A stretch of 34,885 bases of DNA from Gammaproteobacteria bacterium (GTDB taxonomy: Bacteria; Pseudomonadota; Gammaproteobacteria; Eutrophobiales; Eutrophobiaceae). How positions within the stretch are numbered: the first letter of the stretch is position 1; every line of letters starts with the position of its first letter. Made by a program: the position numbers and the translations under genes. The notes beneath the pieces are model-generated. The model was not told the DNA's origin. It saw only the letters and a program-made list of their open reading frames with translations, and searched no databases. Below are positions 28,320 through 34,885 of this stretch, piece after piece. The DNA is taken from positions 1 through 34,885 of the forward strand of contig CBDCTH010000009.1 in the NCBI GenBank assembly GCA_965222155.1, written 5' to 3'.

Positions 28320-28448
28320 CTACTGTTTTTCGGCCAGATCGTTTTTGTTTCGTCTGTGGTTATACCAGGTAATGCCAACCAGGGCGATTGCGCCAACCAC
28401 ACTTATACCCGAAAATAACATGGTCGGAGTTACTATTATGGATGACAT
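28320..28448 (-). CDS. Small (42 aa) single-TM protein
   Basis: MSSIIVTPTMLFSGISVVGAIALVGITWYNHRRNKNDLAEKQ*. The start overlaps the upstream stop (TAATG), with GAGG upstream. Below the ORF-track cut-off. Confidence 0.5.
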   Translation of the reverse strand: MSSIIVTPTMLFSGISVVGAIALVGITWYNHRRNKNDLAEKQ

Positions 28449-28627
28449 TATTTTTTCCTCGTACCAATAATTGCTATGGCTACTGATGCAGTAATAATTG
28501 TCGCGCTTATTCCTGTAAACAAAGCCGTCATTGTAGATAGCCCCTCTACCTGCACAACAGTTCCCAATACCATACCTGCGAAAATCAACCTGGATATATC
28601 AAGAAAGGCTTCAACTATATCAGTCAT
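28448..28627 (-). CDS. Small (59 aa) two-TM membrane protein, DUF6722-like
   Basis: MTDIVEAFLDISRLIFAGMVLGTVVQVEGLSTMTALFTGISATIITASVAIAIIGTRKK*. The family call rests only on the FLDISRLIFAG pattern. Confidence 0.5.
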   Translation of the reverse strand: MTDIVEAFLDISRLIFAGMVLGTVVQVEGLSTMTALFTGISATIITASVAIAIIGTRKK

Positions 28628-28707
28628 TGAACTCTCTTGTGGCTCTCTTCAATACTTAAATCAACAGTTGTAAATAAAAGTATAATAAGAGAGCTTTTAA
28701 ATATCAT

Positions 28708-29100
28708 TCAGGGAAGTTTCGCCTTTTCTGCTTTAATTTTTTGTATATCGTTCCAAATGGGACTTATTAGGCTATTAAACTCTGCTTGAGTTATATGACC
28801 TCCCTGTAATTCAAATTGTAATTTATTTGCTTTCTTTTGTAACATAGCTCCATATTGAGCCAGTTCTTCCCGCTTTAATGCATTACCAGTAACTCGATTA
28901 AAAAACTCACCCTTTTTATCTCTAATAGCACGTCTACCTACATCATACGGGGAATAATTATGATTCCAAAATTTACAATTTTCTATTTCAGAAGCGGTTA
29001 ACGCTTCAAATACTAAATCTGTATAGCTTGAATCATCATTACAAGCCGCCATTACATACGGTTGTACTAATACTAATATTAATATAATGAATTTAATCAT
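28708..29100 (-). CDS. Hypothetical secreted protein, low GC
   Basis: 130-aa ORF with signal peptide MIKFIILILVLVQPYVMA and RBS GGAG. Confidence 0.65.
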   Translation of the reverse strand: MIKFIILILVLVQPYVMAACNDDSSYTDLVFEALTASEIENCKFWNHNYSPYDVGRRAIRDKKGEFFNRVTGNALKREELAQYGAMLQKKANKLQFELQGGHITQAEFNSLISPIWNDIQKIKAEKAKLP

Positions 29101-29169
29101 ATAGGTTCTCCCGTAGTTAATTAACTTTTGTGAATAACACCGTCTGTCTTCCCTGAAATCTTTGAAATC

Positions 29170-29310
29170 CCATCAAACAATTAAAGTCCGTCGCATCCAG
29201 GTTGGCCATAGCAAAGTCCGCCAGCAGGATCGTGCCGCCGCCGCTGTCGGTGAGGTCAAGCGCCACACCGTCTGTTGTGGTCGCGAGCGAATGGGTGCTG
29301 AAATGCGCTG
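29170..29310 (-). pseudogene. Remnant C-terminus of another RTX/T1SS-secreted protein
   Basis: TTTDGVALDLTDSGGGTILLADFAMANLDATDF resembles T1SS substrate C-termini; no intact gene upstream. Confidence 0.55.
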
Positions 29311-29368
29311 TTACAGACCAGCGCATGACGCCGACGGCGTGTTCTAACCTGCTGAAAAAGCTTGATTT

Positions 29369-29388
29369 GGGGGGGGGGGGGGGGGGGG
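29369..29388 (+). repeat. Poly-G tract (20 nt)
   Basis: G20 run seen directly. Confidence 0.9.
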
Positions 29389-29743
29389 TAGAATTATTGG
29401 CTTCCGCCGGCAGCCTGCCGAGCGTGAAGACCGGGACCTGCGACAGGATACGGCAGGCCGGCATAACCCGCCTGGCACCGTCAAACCGGCCAGAAGAACT
29501 TGATACAGACAGCCCCTTCCCGTTTGTCAAGGTCGGGCTCATGCTGATTGTCTCCATTGCTTGGTCAGGATAACTTATTCTCATTAAACTGATTGTAGAT
29601 TAAGTGCATTAGCAATATCAAATTTTTTGTCCCGGTTCAATACCTATGAGCCAGGGCAACCGCATACTTTTATATGCTTTGCCCATACAGGATGGCAGGC
29701 GCTCAGGCAGAGAGCCCAGGCCGGGACCGGTCGCCGGCCCAAC

Positions 29744-32700
29744 TCACACGATAAAGTCGTTGTCGGTCAGGCTGTGCAGCCCAACCAGGATCACCCTGAA
29801 GTCGGCCGCGCCGTCGCCGTTCAGATCGGCCAACACGTCGGTGTAGTCAGCGTCGGTGTTGCCGCCCGTGCCGGCGCCGCGCTGGCTATAGCGCACCTGC
29901 CCCGGTGTGTCGGTAAAGGCCGCCGTGCCGATGAAGGTCAGGTCGTTGCCCAGGCGGGCCAGGTACAGCCGGTCGCCGTCATCCCCCTCGCCTGAGAAAT
30001 CCAGCACCCGGTCCGGGGTCGCCGGGGTCGAGTCGGCCGCGCTGATAAACCAGAAAATGTCCGCCCCCGCCCCGCCGCTGAGCCGGTCGCTGCCGGCGCC
30101 GCCGTAGAGCACGTCGCGCCCGGCGCCCCCTACCAACCGGTCGTTACCGGCCAGGCCGTTCAGCTGGTTGGTGCCGTAGTCGCCTCGGAGCTCGTCGTCG
30201 TGCGCCGAGCCGATGACGCTCTCGATGCCGATGAGCGTGTCGCCCTCGGCATCCCCGCCGGCGCCGGTGCCGAGCTGCACGTCCACCCGCACCCCGGCGG
30301 GTGAGTGCGCATACGACACCAGGTCGTGATGGGTCCCGCCATCCAGCACGTCCGCGCCGCCACTGCCGTAGAGGAGGTCCGCCCCGCCGCCGCCGGCCAG
30401 CGTGTCATTGCCGGCGCCGCCGTCCAGCACGTCGCGCCCGCCGTTGCCGGCCAGGGTATCGTCGCCGGCCCGCCCGCGCAGCGTGTTGTCGCCGGCATCG
30501 CCGCGCAGCGTATCGCCATGGGCCGAGCCGATGACATGCTCGATGCTGATGAACGTGTCACCGTCGGCATGGCCGCCGCTCGCCGTGCCGCGGCCCAGGT
30601 CCACCCGCACCCCGGCGTCCGAGTCGGTGTAGGCCGCGGTGTCCTCCCCGCTGCCCCCGTCCAGGGTGTCGGCGCCGCCCTGACCGGCCAGGACGTCCTT
30701 GCCGGCCAGGCCGCGCAGCACGTTGTCCTGGGCATCCCCGTGCAAGGCATCGTTACCCGCTGTCCCGACAATAGGCGCCGGCCCACTCGGCTCGGGCGGG
30801 GGCGCAGGGGGGTCGGCCGGTGCAGGGGGCGCGGCGCGCACCCCCCGCAGGTCATCCAGTGTCAGGCTGTGCAATCCGACCAGGGTGAGCTTGACATTCG
30901 CTGTACCGTTGCCGTCCACATCAACCAGCACGTCGGTGTAATCATCACTGGTGTCACTGCTTGTGGCCGCGCCGCGCTGCACAGAGCGCACCTCGCCCGC
31001 ACTGTTGGAGAAGGCCGTTGTCCCGATAAACGTCAGGTCGTTGCCCAGGCCGGACAAGTCCAGGTGGTCACCGTCCCCGCTACTGCCTGAGAAGTCCAGG
31101 ATGCGGTCCGGGTTGGTTACGGTCGAGTCCGCCGCGTTGCTGTATTGGAAGGTGTCCGCCCCAGTGCTCCCCCCGGCCAGGGTGTCTGATCCGGCGCCGC
31201 CGTCCAGCGTGTCCGCCCCGGGACCCCCCTCCAGGCGGTCCGCGCCGGCCTGGCCCGCCAGCCCGTCGTCACCGCCGTGCCCGCGCAGCGTGTTGGCGCC
31301 GGGCGCGCCGCGCAGTGTATCGTTATGGGCCGAGCCGCTGAGGTGCTCGATGCCGGTGAGCGTGTCACCCTGGGCATGGCCGCCGCTCGCCGTGCCGCTC
31401 CCCAGGTCCACCTGCACCGCCGCAGTGGAGTCGGTGTAGGACGCGGTGTCAGCCCCGGCCCCGCCGGCCAGGGTGTCGGCGCCGCCGGCCCCGCGTAAGG
31501 TATCATCCCCGGCCACCGCCGTCCAGCCGGTTGGCGCTGCCGTTCCCGACCAGCACATCGGCCTGCGCCGAGCCGAGCACGTTCTCAATACTGGCAATCG
31601 TGTCACCCTGGGCATCCCCGCCCGATACCGCACCGGTAGCCAGGTTGACCGTTACCCCTGACGCCGAGCCGGCATAGGACAGCGTGTCGGTACCGCCTTC
31701 ACCGTCCAGCACGTCTGCGCCGGCGCCACCGGCCAGTACGTCGTCTCCCCAGCTGCCGTACAGGCGGTCAGCGCCCGCCTCGCCATACAAGCGGTCATTA
31801 CCTGACAGCCCCACCAGCTTGTCCGCCCCGGCGCCGCCCCACAACCGGTTGGCGCCGTCGTCCCCGCGTAACTCGTCCGCGTGCGCCGAGCCGCGCAGGT
31901 TCTCAATACCTCGTCAGGGTGTCGCCCTGGGCATGACCGCCCGTGGCCGTCCCGACGTCCAAGTCCACCTGCACCGCGGCGTCCGAGTCGGTGTAGGCCG
32001 CGGTGTCCGCCCCGCTGCCCCCGTCCAGGGTGTCGGCCCCGGCCTTGCCTTCAAGGGTGTCGTCCCCGGCCAGGCCGCGCAGTGTGTTGTCCTGGTCATC
32101 GCCCACCAACGTATCATCCCCCGGCGTGCCGTCGATGTCTTGCGCCTTGACCACCGGGGCCGGCGGCGCCTGGACGCCCGGCAGGTCATCCAGTGTCAGG
32201 CTGTGTAATCCGACCAGGGTCAGCTTTGACGTTCGCCGTGCCGTTGCCGTCCAGGTCAACCAGTACGTCGGTGTAATCATCGCTCGTGTTACTGCTTGTG
32301 TCCGCGCCGCGCTGCACAGAGCGTACCTCGCCCGCACTGTTGGAGAAGGCCGTTGTCCCGATAAACGTCAGGTCGTTGCCCAGGCCGGATAAGTCCAGGT
32401 GGTCACCGTCCCCGCTACTGCCTGAGAAGTCCACAATCCGGTCCGGGTTGGTTACGGTCGAGTCCGCCGCGTTGCTGTATTGAAAGGTGTCCGCCCCGCT
32501 CCCCCCGGCCAGGGTGTCTGATCCGGCGCCGCCGTCCAGCGTGTCCGCGCCCGTACCCCCCTCCAGGCGGTCCGCGCCGGCCTGGCCCGCCAGCCCGTCG
32601 TCACCGCCGTGCCCGCGCAGCGTGTTGGCGCCGGGCGCGCCGCGCAGTGTATCGTTATGGGCCGAGCCGCTGAGGTGCTCGATGCCGGTGAGCGTGTCAC

Positions 32701-34885
32701 CCTGGGCATGGCCGCCTGTGGCAGTGCCCGTGTCCAGGTCCACCTGCACCGCCGCCGTGGAGTCGGTGTAGGACGCGGTGTCCGCCCCGGCCCCGCCTGT
32801 CAGGGTGTCGGCGCCGCCGGCCCCGCGTAAGGTATCCTCCCCGGCCCCGCCGTCCAGCCGGTTGGCGCTGCCGTTCCCGTGCAGCACATCGGCCTGCGCC
32901 GAGCCGAGCACGTTCTCAACACTGGCAATCGTGTCACCCTGGGCATCCCCCCCGAGCCGGTTGGCGCTGCCGTCCCCACGGCGCCGGTTGCCAGGTTGAC
33001 CGTTACCCCTGACGCCGAGCCGGCATAGGACAGCGTGTCGATACCGCCTTCACCGTCCAGCACGTCTGCGCCGGCGCCACCCTCCAGTACGTCGTTCCCC
33101 CAGCTGCCGAACAGGCGGTCAGCGCCCGCCTCGCCATACAAGCGGTCATTACCCGCCCAGCCCCACCAGCTTGTCCTCCCCGGCGCCGCCCCACAGCCGG
33201 TTGGCGCCGTCGCTTCCGCGTAGCTCATCGCCGTGCGCCGAGCCGCGCAGGTTTTCAATGCTCGTCAGGGTGTCGCCTTGTGCATGACCGCCACTGGCAG
33301 TCCCGGCGCGTAAGTCCACCTGCACCGCAGCGTCCGAGTCGGCATACGACGCCGTGTCCGCCCCGCTGCCCCCGTCCAGGGTGTCCGCCCCGGCCCTGCC
33401 GTCCAGGACGTCGTTGCCGGCCAGGCCGCGCAGGACGTTGGCCTGGGCATCGCCCACCAACGTATCAGCGCCCGGTGTGCCGTCGATGTCCCGGGGCTTG
33501 ACCACCGGGGCCGGCGGCGCCTGTACGCCCGGCAGGTCATCCAGTGTCAGGCTGTGTAATCCGACCAGGGTCACTTTGACATTCGCTGTACCGTTCCCGT
33601 CCACATCAACCAGCACGTCGGTGTAATCATCGCTGTTGCTGCTTGTGGCCGCCCCGCGCTGGATATAGCGCACCTCGCCCGCACTGTTGGAGAAGGCCGT
33701 CGTCCCGATAAACGTCAGGTCGTTGCCCAGGCCGGATAAGTCCAGGTGGTCACCGTCCCCGTCACTGCCTGAGAAGTCCACAATCCGGTCCGGGTTGGCC
33801 ACGGTCGAGTCCGCCGCTGCCTTGTAGTGGAAGGTGTCCGCCCCGCTCCCCCCGGCCAGGGTGTCTGACCCCGCACCGCCGTGCAGCGTGTCCGCCCCGC
33901 TCCCCCCCTCCAGGCGGTCCGCGCCGGCCTGGCCCGCCAGTACGTCGTCACCGCCGTGCCCGCGCAGCGTGTTGGCGCCGCCCGCGCCGCGCAGTGTATC
34001 GTTATGGACCGAGCCGCTGAGGTGCTCAATGCCCGTGAGCGTGTCGCCCTGGGCATGACCGCCACTGGCAGTCCCGGCGCGTAAGTCCACCTGCACCGCG
34101 GCGTCCGAGTCGGTGTAGGACGCGGTGTCCTGGCCGCTCCCCCCGTCCAGGGTGTCGGCCCCGGCCCTGCCGTCCAGGACGTCGTCCCCGGCCAGGCCGC
34201 GCAGGACGTTGTCCCGGGCATCGCCCACCAACGTATCATCCCCCGGCGTGCCGTCGAGGTCCCGGGGCTTGACCACCGGGGCCGGTGGCGCCTGTACGCC
34301 CGGCAGGTCATCCAGTGTCAGGCTGTGTAATCCGACCAGGGTCACTTTGACATTCGCTGTACCGTTCCCGTTCAGGTCCACCAGCACGTCGGTGTAATCA
34401 TCGCTGTTGCTGCCCGTGGCCGCGCCGCGCTGTACATAGCGCACCTCGCCCGCACTGTTGGAGAAGGCCGTTGTCCCAATGAAGATCAGGTCGTTGCCCA
34501 AGTCGGATAAGTCCAGTTGGTCGCCGTCGCCGCTACTCCCTGAGAAGTCCAGGATGCGGTCCGGGTCGGCCACGGTCGAGTCCGCCGCCGCCTTGTATTT
34601 GAAGGTGTCCGCCCCGGCGCCGCCCACCAGCGTATCGGCGCCGGCGCCGCCGTCCAGCGTGTCCGCACCCGCACCCCCCTCCAGGCGGTTGGCCGCCGCA
34701 TTGCCGGTAATGTGGTCAGCGCCCGAACCGGCCACTACATCTTCGATGATTGTGCCCCGCGCAATCACCCAGTTGCCCTGCAACCCGTAAACGCTGGAGA
34801 TACCTTCCGGACGCAGGTCGATGCGTTGGTCGGCCGTGTCCGTGCGTACGTCCAGCGTGTCGTGACCGTCGGTATCGTGCAGGGT
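29744..34885 (-). CDS. Giant serralysin-type RTX calcium-binding repeat protein (T1SS substrate); 5' end outside window, about five apparent frameshifts
   Basis: Dozens of GGxGxDxLx nonamers. Serralysin-like segment LHDTDGHDTLDVRTDTADQRIDLRPEGISSVYGLQGNWVIARGTIIEDVVAGSG at the window edge. Five Peptidase_M10_C-like modules; ends LTDNDFIV*. Frame breaks near 33160, 32960, 32225, 31910 and 31510. Confidence 0.88.

Noticed and set aside
31500-33170. Programmed frameshifting or phase variation in the RTX gene
   Set aside because: The breaks occur at different positions in otherwise near-identical units, with no shared slippery motif. Similar indels elsewhere in the window point to sequencing or consensus error.
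29627-34790. Many plus-strand and alternate-frame ORFs over the RTX gene
   Set aside because: Shadow ORFs of a GC-rich repetitive coding region.

Overview
Bacterial chromosomal window, most likely from a gammaproteobacterium given the ppiD ... fabI ... peptide-ABC backbone. Scattered 1-bp frameshifts and one scrambled duplication suggest an imperfectly polished long-read assembly. From left to right: (1) An AT-richer uptake/catabolic cluster (lipoprotein amidohydrolase, TonB-dependent receptor, Tat-exported M19 dipeptidase-like protein, two BASS symporters, MarR). Its segment at ~6.1-7.8 kb looks like a consensus artefact. (2) A decayed serine recombinase next to two directly repeated 26-bp hix-like sites that bracket a single gene. 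(3) An acetylene-hydratase-family Mo/W enzyme lacking the catalytic Asp. (4) ppiD. (5) A ~5.5 kb patch of mobile-element and defence debris: IS3, RelE/ParE and YdhR remnants, a coiled-coil PD-(D/E)XK gene, a truncated prokaryotic E2 gene, a complete IS630 carrying a divergent LexA-like HTH gene, and a 247-bp MITE. (6) A DAACS transporter, fabI, a GxxExxY gene bounded by 30-bp inverted repeats, and oppCBA. A gene-less derivative of the same inverted repeats lies between oppB and oppA. (7) The 3' ~5.1 kb of a giant serralysin-type RTX repeat gene. The strongest candidates for undescribed biology are the GxxExxY autonomous/non-autonomous repeat pair, the hix-like one-gene cassette, the IS630 with a built-in repressor, and the structurally covarying MITE. 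All family assignments come from motif recognition by eye; no searches were run.
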